From positions 2,581 through 66,580 of the forward strand of contig CAYYAP010000001.1 of the NCBI GenBank assembly GCA_964469575.1: a stretch of 64,000 nucleotides of DNA, read 5' to 3'. Numbering within the stretch: the first letter of the stretch is position 1; each line of letters opens with the position of its first letter. This stretch comes from an uncultured Thiohalobacter sp. (lineage in GTDB: Bacteria > Pseudomonadota > Gammaproteobacteria > DSM-19610). Shown here in pieces: positions 32,496 through 41,763 of the stretch. A model generated the notes under the pieces. The model made no database searches, had not been told where the DNA came from, and worked only from the letters and a program-made list of their open reading frames with translations. A program made the translations under genes and the position numbers.

Positions 32496-34514
32496 ATGCG
32501 AATCGAAAAAATTTCAGTCAAAGCATTGATCACCGGCGTCCTGCTGCTCATTGGAGCCATTGATGTCAGTACCTCGTTCATCTCGGAAAAGGCTTACCGG
32601 GAGGCGGCGTCCGACGCCCAGATCGCCACGGTAACGCGCATTCTCGACGTTGCCAGCCAGGCGGCACTTGCACAGATGAAAACCAGTGCCGACCACCTGG
32701 CCAGTGCCGCAGGCAAAGCTTTTTCACGCCAGCCCGGTCTCGCCAGTTACCTGGCTGAAGCCCCGGCCGGCACCGCAAACCCTGTGCTGGCCAAACTACT
32801 GCACGCACCACTCGACACCGATTTACCTCGGCTTCACCTGGTTTCGGCTCACTTGTATAACAGTCGTAAACAGCTGCTGATGTCCGCTGGCGATGACACC
32901 GGCGCTGACAGTCCGATTCTGCAGCAGGAAAATACTGAACCCTCCGTACAGGGATTCTGGCTGGACGGCGACCTGCCACGCTATTCCGTGGTACGTCCTG
33001 TCGGCGCCAACGGCGGCAAGGGCTACCTGGAACTGCGTTTTGACCCGGTCTACGCCCTGCAATCCATCACAACCGTGACCGGCCTGCCACTGCGCATCAG
33101 CAGCATAAGTGGTAACAAGCTTTATGAGGGCGAAAACTGGGTCACACCCACCGAAACCCTGCCCGAAGTCACCTACCTGGTCAAACAGGATGAAGGCCCC
33201 CTGCTGGCAAAACTGGCGGTGCTTGATGATCTCTCCGCACTTTACCAGGCCACGCGCGAAAAACGCGACACCACCTCCGCCCTGTTTGCCGTACTGATCG
33301 GTGTTGCACTGCTTATCGCCATCCTGTTACTCAACCGTTTTCTGTTCCGCCCGCTGAACACCATGACCAAAGATATGCACCGCGTGGCCAGTGGTGACAC
33401 GGGTATCCAGGTCAATAGCCATGCACTGAAAGAATTTCATCATCTGGCCAATGCCTTTAATGCCACCAATCGCAAGATGGAAGAGATTGTCGAACGCGAA
33501 TGCCAGGCCTCTGAAGATATCAAGGGCAAGGTAGAACTGATTCAGGAAGTCGTCGCCATGGCGGCCGAGGGTGATCTAACAGGCCAGATTATGGTGTACC
33601 GGGACCAGGACATTATTTCTGAACTGGCAGGCGGCACTCAACAGATGCTCGACAATCTCAACTCGCTGGTTGCACGCATTCAGCAGTCCGGCGTACAGGT
33701 GACCTCGTCTGCCACCGAAATTGCGGCAACAGCGAAACAACAGGAAGCCACCGTCACCGAACAGGCGGCAACCACCAATGAAATCAAGGCCACCGTGACG
33801 GAAATTACCGCGACCTCAAAGGAACTGGTCAACACCATGAGCGAGGTCACCGAGGTTGCCTGGAAGACCTCGGAGAATGCCAACGCCGGACGCTCATCGC
33901 TGCAGCGTATGGAGTCGACCATGCACCAGATGAAGGACGCCACTGACTCGATCGGTTCCAAGCTGGCGGTGCTCAGTGAAAAGGCAGGCAACATCAATAC
34001 CGTGGTCACCACCATCAATCGCGTGGCCGATCAAACCAACCTGCTATCGCTGAACGCCGCTATCGAGGCGGAGAAAGCCGGTGAATATGGCGTGGGTTTT
34101 GCCGTTGTTGCTACCGAGATCCGCCGCCTGGCAGACCAGACAGCGGTTGCCACCTGGGATATTGAACAGATGGTCAAGGAGATGCAGTCGGCTGTTTCCG
34201 CTGGCGTCATGGGGATGGAGAAATTTTCCGAGGAAGTACGCCGTGGCGTCGATGACGTACGCCAGGTAGGTTCGCAGCTGGCCAATGTCATCGAACAGGT
34301 CGAGACCCTGATTCCGCGCTTTGAAGAAGTCAATGAAGGCATGATCTCGCAGTCACAGGGCGGGAACCAGATCCGTGACGCCATTGTGCAATTGAGTGAA
34401 TCCGCACAACAAACTGCCGACTCACTACGACAGTCTAACGGCGCCATTATGCAACTTAACGAAGCCGCACAGCGGCTCCAGGAAGGCGCTTCTCACTTCC
34501 GGGTCAACTCCTGA
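32496..34514 (+). CDS. wspA: Methyl-accepting chemotaxis protein, WspA-like
   Basis: TM helix, ~270-aa periplasmic region, second TM, HAMP, then the MCP signalling domain (ADQTNLLSLNAAIEAEKAGEYGVGFAVVATEIRRLADQTA). First gene of a WspABCDEFR-ordered cluster. The start is set at the internal ATG 32496. Confidence 0.85.
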   Translation: MRIEKISVKALITGVLLLIGAIDVSTSFISEKAYREAASDAQIATVTRILDVASQAALAQMKTSADHLASAAGKAFSRQPGLASYLAEAPAGTANPVLAKLLHAPLDTDLPRLHLVSAHLYNSRKQLLMSAGDDTGADSPILQQENTEPSVQGFWLDGDLPRYSVVRPVGANGGKGYLELRFDPVYALQSITTVTGLPLRISSISGNKLYEGENWVTPTETLPEVTYLVKQDEGPLLAKLAVLDDLSALYQATREKRDTTSALFAVLIGVALLIAILLLNRFLFRPLNTMTKDMHRVASGDTGIQVNSHALKEFHHLANAFNATNRKMEEIVERECQASEDIKGKVELIQEVVAMAAEGDLTGQIMVYRDQDIISELAGGTQQMLDNLNSLVARIQQSGVQVTSSATEIAATAKQQEATVTEQAATTNEIKATVTEITATSKELVNTMSEVTEVAWKTSENANAGRSSLQRMESTMHQMKDATDSIGSKLAVLSEKAGNINTVVTTINRVADQTNLLSLNAAIEAEKAGEYGVGFAVVATEIRRLADQTAVATWDIEQMVKEMQSAVSAGVMGMEKFSEEVRRGVDDVRQVGSQLANVIEQVETLIPRFEEVNEGMISQSQGGNQIRDAIVQLSESAQQTADSLRQSNGAIMQLNEAAQRLQEGASHFRVNS

Positions 34515-34524
34515 GGTCACGCCG

Positions 34525-34983
34525 ATGCTGATGCTGTTATTCCAGTTGGGTAACAGTCGCTATGCGGTACCGGCCCGTGAGGTGGTGGAAATTACCTCGA
34601 TGGTTGAACTGGAAGTGCTACCCAAAACACCCGAATATGTCGCCGGCCTGTTTAACTACCACGGACAGCATGTGCCGGTACTTGACCTGTGCCGACTGTT
34701 GAACGGCCAGCCTTGCGGCAATCGCATTACCACGCGCATGATTATCGTTGAATTCCCGCTGGCGACGGGCGGAACGCGAACCCTGGGCCTGTTGGCCGAG
34801 CGCGTCACCGAAACCCTGCAGCTCGATGAAGAGGATTTTACCGATACTGGCATCACAATTCCTGACGCCCCCTTTATCGGGCATGCCGCACACACCGACC
34901 AGGGCCTGGTACAGCAACTGTCTGTCACTGAACTGGTACCGCCAGAGGTGCAGTCACAGCTGTACCCTGCCGAGGCGGTTTGA
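34525..34983 (+). CDS. wspB: CheW-like coupling protein, WspB-like
   Basis: 152 aa from the internal ATG (MLMLLFQLGNSRYAVPAREVVEI...). Single CheW domain. Confidence 0.8.
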   Translation: MLMLLFQLGNSRYAVPAREVVEITSMVELEVLPKTPEYVAGLFNYHGQHVPVLDLCRLLNGQPCGNRITTRMIIVEFPLATGGTRTLGLLAERVTETLQLDEEDFTDTGITIPDAPFIGHAAHTDQGLVQQLSVTELVPPEVQSQLYPAEAV

Positions 34984-34984
34984 C

Positions 34985-36265
34985 ATGCCGCTGGGCGCCA
35001 TCGAAAAAATACTGAAGGAACGGATGGGCCTGCACAGTTCCACCGTCGGCTCGGGTACGATTCTGCATGCCGTGGAGCAGCGCATGCGTGACTGCGCCAT
35101 GACAGATATCGCTGACTACGGGCACATACTGTTACATTCCGAAACCGAACTGGATGCGTTGATCGATACGGTTATCATCCCCGAGACCTGGTTTTTTCGC
35201 GATGCCAACCCGTTCGATGCACTCAGCCAGTGGTTGCGGAAAGAATGGCTGACAAGGCACAGGGATGAAACCCTGCGCATACTCAGCGTACCCTGTTCGA
35301 GCGGTGAAGAGGCCTACACGCTTGCCATGTGCCTGTCGGATACCGGCATCTCCTCTCGCCATGCACACATCGACGCTATCGACATCAGCCATGTAAACAT
35401 CGACAAGGCCCACAAGGGCGAATACGGCAGAAACTCCTTTCGTGGCAACAATCTTGCGTATCGGGATAAACACTTCAGCGCCATCGACGCACGTTATCGC
35501 GTGAATAACAACATTCGTGAATACGTCAGTTTTGAACAGGCCAACATGCTCGATAAAAGTTTCACCACGGGACGTTCGCCCTACCAGGTAATTTTCTGCC
35601 GTAACCTGCTGATCTATTTCGACAGGGAAACACAGGACCGCGCCATTGAACGCCTGCAGACCTTGCTGACCCGTGACGGGCTACTTTTTCTCGGCCATTC
35701 AGAAACCGGCTTGTTGCTGAATCGTGACTTTACACCCCTGGATAACCCGCGCTGCTTCGGATTTCGACGCGGCAAGGATGCAGCTGGAAACAAAGTGACG
35801 GCGCAGTCTCCACCAGGACGCCGCAAGATACCGCAGAACCATCAACCTGTCACATCAGCAGAAAAACCTGTGCCACTACCGTTTTCCGATGTCTTGCCCG
35901 TCAAGCCTGTAACAGCCGTTGAAAAACAGTCTGACCCACACGGTGACCTGCTACAACAGGCCTTCCGTCTTGCTGACGAAGGACACCTTGGTGAAGCGGC
36001 GGAACACTGTGAAAACCTGCTGGCGGAAAAAGCGCACCAGGCTGACGCCTACTTCCTGCTTGGTCTGATCCGGGAATCAGCCGGCAACCTGAACGAGGCG
36101 GAGCAGCTGCTGCGCAAGAGTATTTATCTTGACCCATCCCATCATGAAGCCCTGGTGCACCTCGGTATCGTGTGCGAACAACTTGGCGACTCCAGCAGCG
36201 CGAGCCGCTTCCGTGAGCGCGCTGAACGTACGGCGCCAGCACTGCTGAGCGGAGCCAGCGAATGA
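34985..36265 (+). CDS. wspC: CheR-type methyltransferase with C-terminal TPR, WspC-like
   Basis: ETWFFRD, ILSVPCSSGEEAYTLAM and IFCRNLLIYFD are CheR motifs. The C-terminal ~100 aa are TPR (AYFLLGLIRESAGNLNEAEQLLRKSIYLDPSHHEAL). The start is set at ATG 34985. Confidence 0.85.
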   Translation: MPLGAIEKILKERMGLHSSTVGSGTILHAVEQRMRDCAMTDIADYGHILLHSETELDALIDTVIIPETWFFRDANPFDALSQWLRKEWLTRHRDETLRILSVPCSSGEEAYTLAMCLSDTGISSRHAHIDAIDISHVNIDKAHKGEYGRNSFRGNNLAYRDKHFSAIDARYRVNNNIREYVSFEQANMLDKSFTTGRSPYQVIFCRNLLIYFDRETQDRAIERLQTLLTRDGLLFLGHSETGLLLNRDFTPLDNPRCFGFRRGKDAAGNKVTAQSPPGRRKIPQNHQPVTSAEKPVPLPFSDVLPVKPVTAVEKQSDPHGDLLQQAFRLADEGHLGEAAEHCENLLAEKAHQADAYFLLGLIRESAGNLNEAEQLLRKSIYLDPSHHEALVHLGIVCEQLGDSSSASRFRERAERTAPALLSGASE

Positions 36266-36951
36266 GTACGAAAAATTCACCCGAAGAAGCTCGACTGGAC
36301 GACTGCTGGAATCGCATTGGCGTCTGGAGCAAGGAACAGGCGAGCTGCCCCGAGCTCAAACAGGTAGCGCATTGCCGTAACTGCGCCCGTTACTCGGCCG
36401 CCGGACGCCAGGTGCTGGATCGTCCCTCGTCAGAAGACGATCGGCGCGAATGGACCCAACGTTTTGCAGAACCCCGCCGGGTTGCACAGCATAATGCCAA
36501 CTCGGCCCTGCTGTTCCGGCTGGGTGATGAATGGATGGCATTACAGAGCAGCTGCATCGACGAAATCACGCCGCTGCGTTCCATTCACAGCATGCCACGT
36601 ACTGAAGGCACCTTGATCAAAGGGCTGGTTAATATACGCGGTGAACTGAAACTCTGTGTTTCACTCGGTGCGCTGCTGCAACTGGAGAAATCCCGTGAAG
36701 ACTATATTAGTGACCGGGAGATCCATGAACGCATGATATCTGTCACCTGGAATGACCAGAGCTTCGTCTTCCCCGCCAGTGAGGTACACGGTATTCATCA
36801 TTATGGCGATGAAGCGCTACAGGCTTCCCCGGCCACTGTGTCCAAATCAAAATCCAGTTTCACCACCGGGGTGGTGCAATGGCAAAACAGGCATGTTGGC
36901 GTACTGGATACTGAATTGCTGTTTTACGCACTATCAAAAGGTCTCCAATGA
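36262..36951 (+). CDS. wspD: CheW-like protein with N-terminal four-Cys segment, WspD-like
   Basis: 229 aa. CheW domain (ALLFRLGDEWMALQSSCIDEI...VNIRGEL) preceded by C-x13-C-x8-C-x2-C. ATGA overlaps on both sides. Confidence 0.8.
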   Translation: MSTKNSPEEARLDDCWNRIGVWSKEQASCPELKQVAHCRNCARYSAAGRQVLDRPSSEDDRREWTQRFAEPRRVAQHNANSALLFRLGDEWMALQSSCIDEITPLRSIHSMPRTEGTLIKGLVNIRGELKLCVSLGALLQLEKSREDYISDREIHERMISVTWNDQSFVFPASEVHGIHHYGDEALQASPATVSKSKSSFTTGVVQWQNRHVGVLDTELLFYALSKGLQ

Positions 36952-39227
36952 GCGAAGACCTCGGCAATTTTTCCATGCTTGAATTGTTCCGCCTGGAGGT
37001 CGATAACCAGGCGGCCATACTCAACGATGGCCTGTTATCGCTGGAACAGCAAACCGACCCGGAGAAACAGCTGGAAGCCCTTATGCGCGCCTCACATTCC
37101 ATCAAGGGCGCAGCGCGTATGGTGGATATCGACGCAGGCGTCAAGCTTGCACACGCGATGGAAGACTGCTTTGTTGCCGCGCAAAACGGTGAACTGGATC
37201 TGCAGGCACACCAGATTGACCTGCTGCTGGAGGGCGTTGACCTGCTGGTCGCTATTTCAAAGGAAGAGGCGGACAGCGGGCAGTTGACCCGGATTACCGA
37301 AAAAATCGCGCATATCGACACATTCGAATCATCGACACCCACGGTTGTCACAAGCCCCGAACCCATACCGGTTGAACAGCCCTCCTGTAACGATGATACG
37401 CCAACCGCGGAAACCCCACAGGCTGCCAACAGTGAGCCCGCAGCAAAACCGGAACCTGCGCCAACTGGCGGTGCATCGTCAAGTGCTGACGAATCGGTTC
37501 GTGTTTCCGCTGAAAGCCTGAACAAGCTGGTGGGACTGGCCGGCGAAGTCCAGGTGGAATCACGCTGGTTACACCCCTTCGCCGATGCACTGCAACAGAT
37601 CAAACATCGACAGGCAGACCTGATTGGTCTACTGGACAACCTGAGCGGCAGCATGCTAAACGCCAACAGCGACGAATACAGCCGGACCCTGGCGGGCGAG
37701 ATTCATACCAAGGCAAACAGCTGCCGCCACCTGCTGTCCGACAGGCTGATCGAACTGGATGAATTCGACCGCCGCCTGCACGGACTGAGCAACCGTCTGC
37801 ATAGCGAGGTCATTTCCAGCCGCATGCGGCCGTTCTCGGACGCCACACGCGCCTACCCGCGCCTGGTACGCGATGTCGCGCGTCAGCTTGGCAAGCGGGT
37901 CGAACTGAAGGTCGAGGGTCTCACCACCCAGGTAGACCGCGACATCCTTGAACGTATTGATGCGCCGCTCAATCACCTGATACGCAACGCGCTCGATCAT
38001 GGCATCGAAACGCCGGAGCAACGCCTTGCCGCCGGCAAGCCGGAGCAGGCAACCCTGACACTGACCGCCTCACACAATGCCGGCATGCTTTCGCTACAGG
38101 TGCAGGACGACGGCTGCGGCATTGATCTGGAAGCACTGAGGAAAAAAATTGTCGCCCGCGGCATGGTCACGAAGGCCATGGCTGCCGAGCTGTCCGAGTC
38201 GGAGCTGCTGGAGTTCCTGTTTCTGCCGGGATTCTCGACACGCGAGGATGTCACCGAGCTATCCGGTCGTGGCGTCGGTCTGGATGTTGTTCATAGCACC
38301 GTACAGCAGATGCGCGGTGTGGCGCGCGCCACAACAGAGTACGGCAAGGGCACCTGCTTCCACCTGCAATTACCCATTACGCTTTCCATCGTCCGCGTGC
38401 TGCTGGTGGAAATCTGTCACGAGTCCTACGCTATCCCGCTGGCGCGCATCGATCGCACCATGAAACTGGATACCAGCCGGATAGAATCACTGGAAAACCG
38501 CCAGTACTTCACCATTGAAAACCAGCATGTCGGTATTGTTTTCGCCAGCCAGGTGATCGGCTGCAATAACACGCCTGAAGTGAGTGACGAGCTTTCCGTT
38601 GTTGTACTGGGTGAACGTCTGAATCGCTCCGGGCTGGTCGTTGATCGTTTCATTGGTGAGCGCAGCCTGGTCGTTCATACGCTTGACCCGCGTCTGGGGA
38701 AAGTGCAGGACATCAGTGCCGCCAGCGTGCTGGAGGATGGCAACCCCTGCCTGATCATCGATGTTGATGACATGTTGCGCTCTATTGATATTCTTATTGC
38801 CGGCGGGCGACTTGACCGTATCAGGGATAGTGAAACAACGGTCGTGCACAGTGGAAAACGTATACTGGTGGTCGATGATTCAATCACAGTCCGTGAAGTT
38901 GAACGCAACATGCTCGCAAACCGCGGCTACCAGGTCGATGTGGCTGTCGATGGCATGGACGGCTGGAACGCCGTGCGAACGAGCGACTATGACCTCGTCA
39001 TCAGTGACATCGACATGCCACGCATGAACGGTTTCGAGTTTGTTCGACTGATAAAACAGGATGACCGGCTGTACAACATGCCCGTCATGATCGTGTCCTA
39101 CAAGGACCGCGAGGAAGACCGTCAACGCGGGCTGGAAGCCGGCGCTGATTATTATTTGACCAAGGGAAGTTTCCACGATGAGACCCTGATCGACGCGGTT
39201 GTCGATCTTATCGGCGTGGCGGAGTAA
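36948..39227 (+). CDS. wspE: Hybrid CheA histidine kinase with C-terminal receiver, WspE-like
   Basis: Hpt (MRASHSIKGAARMV), an acidic P/E/A-rich linker, HATPase (NALDHGIE...GRGVGLDVV), a CheW-like P5 domain and REC (ILVVDDSITVREV...VISDIDMPRMNG). Confidence 0.9.
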   Translation: MSEDLGNFSMLELFRLEVDNQAAILNDGLLSLEQQTDPEKQLEALMRASHSIKGAARMVDIDAGVKLAHAMEDCFVAAQNGELDLQAHQIDLLLEGVDLLVAISKEEADSGQLTRITEKIAHIDTFESSTPTVVTSPEPIPVEQPSCNDDTPTAETPQAANSEPAAKPEPAPTGGASSSADESVRVSAESLNKLVGLAGEVQVESRWLHPFADALQQIKHRQADLIGLLDNLSGSMLNANSDEYSRTLAGEIHTKANSCRHLLSDRLIELDEFDRRLHGLSNRLHSEVISSRMRPFSDATRAYPRLVRDVARQLGKRVELKVEGLTTQVDRDILERIDAPLNHLIRNALDHGIETPEQRLAAGKPEQATLTLTASHNAGMLSLQVQDDGCGIDLEALRKKIVARGMVTKAMAAELSESELLEFLFLPGFSTREDVTELSGRGVGLDVVHSTVQQMRGVARATTEYGKGTCFHLQLPITLSIVRVLLVEICHESYAIPLARIDRTMKLDTSRIESLENRQYFTIENQHVGIVFASQVIGCNNTPEVSDELSVVVLGERLNRSGLVVDRFIGERSLVVHTLDPRLGKVQDISAASVLEDGNPCLIIDVDDMLRSIDILIAGGRLDRIRDSETTVVHSGKRILVVDDSITVREVERNMLANRGYQVDVAVDGMDGWNAVRTSDYDLVISDIDMPRMNGFEFVRLIKQDDRLYNMPVMIVSYKDREEDRQRGLEAGADYYLTKGSFHDETLIDAVVDLIGVAE

Positions 39228-39236
39228 ACGAAGTAC

Positions 39237-40274
39237 ATGATACGCATTGCGATAGTTAATGACTCCATGATCGCCGTAGAAAGCCTGCGGCGTGTTGTCA
39301 GTGGGGTACCTGAATACCAGTTACTGTGGATTGCCCGTGATGGTGAAGATGCCGTGGCCCGCTGTGAACAACATTGTCCCGATATCATCCTCATGGACCT
39401 GGTGATGCCGGGGATGGATGGTATCGAAGCCACACGCCGCATCTGTGCGCATCACGACTGCGCCATACTCGTCGTCACGGCCATTATCGACGGCTATGCC
39501 GGGCGCGTGTTCGACGCCATGGGAGCCGGCGCCATCGACGCGGTAAGCACACCCATACTGGGCGCTTCGGGCGATGCCGAAGGCGCCCACTCATTGATCC
39601 GCAAGATTAATGCGATTGCCACGCTGATGTCAGACAAGCCCGTGCGCAAGACGGCAAACGGGGCCACGCAGACACACGGTGTCATCGCCTCTCCGGACGT
39701 TCCGCTGATCGCTATCGGCGCCTCCACCGGCGGCCCCGCCGCGCTGCGCGAAATACTGCAAAGCCTGCCCGCGGAGATGGGTGTTTCCATTGCCATTATC
39801 CAGCACGTCGATGAGCAATTTTCCGCCAGTTTCATTAGCTGGCTCAACGATTACTCTCCGCTTCCAGTGCGCGCCGCCCAGCCCGGCGACACCTTCCGCG
39901 CTGACGAAGTGCTGGTGTGTGGCCGCGAGGATCACCTGATCATGACGCAAAACGGCACGCTGGACTACACACCCCATCCGATCGAACAGGTTTACCGCCC
40001 GTCCGTTGATATATTTTTCGAAAGTCTGTCTAAACACTATAAAATACAGTCAGTTGCAGTACTTCTCACCGGCATGGGCAGAGACGGTGCGAAGGGCCTG
40101 AAAATGCTCCGTGACCAGGACTGGCACACCATTACTCAAGATCAGGCCAGCAGTGCCGTTTACGGTATGCCGAAAGCAGCAAAAGCGCTTGATGCGGCAA
40201 CAGAAATTCTGGCGCTGGAAGACATTGGACCAAGAATCGTCCGATGGGCGGGCAAGATTAAGGCGATAGCCTGA
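39237..40274 (+). CDS. wspF: CheB-type protein-glutamate methylesterase (REC + CheB), WspF-like
   Basis: REC (IRIAIVNDSMIAVESL...ILMDLVMPGMDG) followed by a methylesterase domain (IAIGASTGGPAAL...QHVD...LTGMGRDGA). Confidence 0.9.
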   Translation: MIRIAIVNDSMIAVESLRRVVSGVPEYQLLWIARDGEDAVARCEQHCPDIILMDLVMPGMDGIEATRRICAHHDCAILVVTAIIDGYAGRVFDAMGAGAIDAVSTPILGASGDAEGAHSLIRKINAIATLMSDKPVRKTANGATQTHGVIASPDVPLIAIGASTGGPAALREILQSLPAEMGVSIAIIQHVDEQFSASFISWLNDYSPLPVRAAQPGDTFRADEVLVCGREDHLIMTQNGTLDYTPHPIEQVYRPSVDIFFESLSKHYKIQSVAVLLTGMGRDGAKGLKMLRDQDWHTITQDQASSAVYGMPKAAKALDAATEILALEDIGPRIVRWAGKIKAIA

Positions 40275-40309
40275 GCAGCTGGCCCGGGGGAACAGAAACC
40301 GGAATAACC

Positions 40310-41377
40310 ATGGATAGCAACGACACAGTCAGCGATAAGCCCGCCAACAGGAACCGGTGGGCTATTGTACTCCTTGTCGACGACCAGCAGATGGTTGCCG
40401 AGGGTATACGGCGCATGATCGCCGACGAGGCGGATATCGAATTCCACTATTGCGCCGATCCCAAACTGGCGGTGCAACAAGCCGTCGAGGTGGGCGCAAC
40501 CGTCATACTGCAGGACCTGGTGATGCCTGATGTCGATGGCCTGACACTGGTGCGCTTCTACCGCAACAACCCGGCCACAAGCAACATCCCCGTCATTGTG
40601 CTGTCCAGCAAGGACGACCCCAACATCAAGAGTGAGGCCTTCTCCCACGGCGCAACCGATTACCTGGTTAAATTACCGGAAAAGATCGAACTGCTGGCGC
40701 GCATCCGCGCCCATGCCAGGAGCTATCTGGCCCACAAGGAACGTGACGAGGCCTTTACTGCACTGAGAAAAATGCAGGAACAGCTGGAAACCATGAATGG
40801 CGAACTGGCGCGCAGCAACCAGGAACTGCAACGCCTGTCATCGCTGGACGGGCTGACCGGCGTCGCCAATCGTCGCCAGTTTGATGAGACGCTGGAGCAG
40901 GAATGGCAGCGCGCGAGTCGCACCAATATGCCCTTGTCGCTGATCTTTGCCGATATCGACTTCTTCAAACGCTACAACGACCACTACGGCCACCAGGCCG
41001 GTGATGATGCACTGAAAAAAGTCGCTACCGTACTGAAGAAATCAGTACATCGACCCGCCGATCTGGTCAGCCGTTACGGTGGTGAAGAGTTCGTTATGAT
41101 CTTGCCCGATACCCTGCAGGATGGCGCCGTGGCTGTGGCCAACAAGGTACTGCAGAGTGTCAGGAATCTGAACATCCCTCACAGCAACGCCGAAGACAGT
41201 GATCGGGTCACCCTCAGTATTGGCGTCGCCACGCTGAACCCGAAGGAAAACCAGAAGCCTGAAATCCTTGTCGAGGCGGCCGACAAGGCGCTGTACCGGG
41301 CCAAGGAAACCGGCCGCAACCATGTCGAATCCGCGCCCCCTGAAGAAGACGAAAAAAAACAACGCGCCACCGTCTGA
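40310..41377 (+). CDS. wspR: REC-GGDEF diguanylate cyclase, WspR-like
   Basis: REC (LLVDDQQMVAEGI...ILQDLVMPDVDG), a coiled-coil linker and GGDEF with RYGGEEF and an RxxD I-site candidate (HRPAD). Confidence 0.9.
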   Translation: MDSNDTVSDKPANRNRWAIVLLVDDQQMVAEGIRRMIADEADIEFHYCADPKLAVQQAVEVGATVILQDLVMPDVDGLTLVRFYRNNPATSNIPVIVLSSKDDPNIKSEAFSHGATDYLVKLPEKIELLARIRAHARSYLAHKERDEAFTALRKMQEQLETMNGELARSNQELQRLSSLDGLTGVANRRQFDETLEQEWQRASRTNMPLSLIFADIDFFKRYNDHYGHQAGDDALKKVATVLKKSVHRPADLVSRYGGEEFVMILPDTLQDGAVAVANKVLQSVRNLNIPHSNAEDSDRVTLSIGVATLNPKENQKPEILVEAADKALYRAKETGRNHVESAPPEEDEKKQRATV

Positions 41378-41439
41378 CAGGTTAGAAACACACCCCTCAA
41401 TCCGTGTATCATGTGCGCCTGTTGTATCAGGAGTGCGTC

Positions 41440-41763
41440 ATGACGTTTGTAGTAGGTGAAAACTGTATCAAGTGCAAATACACGGATTGCGTCGAGGTCT
41501 GTCCGGTGGACTGCTTCCACGAAGGCCCGAACTTCCTGGTCATCGACCCGGAAGAATGTATCGATTGCACCCTGTGTGAACCGGAATGCCCCGCCGAGGC
41601 CATCTTCCCCGAAGATGACCTGCCGGAAGGCCAGCAGGCGTTCCTGCAGCTGAACGAGGAACTCGCGCAGCAGTGGCCGGTGATCACCCAGCAAAAAGAC
41701 CCGCCGGCTGACGCCGATGACTGGCTGGGCAAGCCAGACAAACTCAAACTGCTGGAACGTTGA
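41440..41763 (+). CDS. fdxA: 7Fe ferredoxin (FdxA type)
   Basis: [56 protein letters not shown] is the classic Azotobacter-type 3Fe-4S/4Fe-4S pattern. The start is at the internal ATG 41440. Confidence 0.9.
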   Translation: MTFVVGENCIKCKYTDCVEVCPVDCFHEGPNFLVIDPEECIDCTLCEPECPAEAIFPEDDLPEGQQAFLQLNEELAQQWPVITQQKDPPADADDWLGKPDKLKLLER

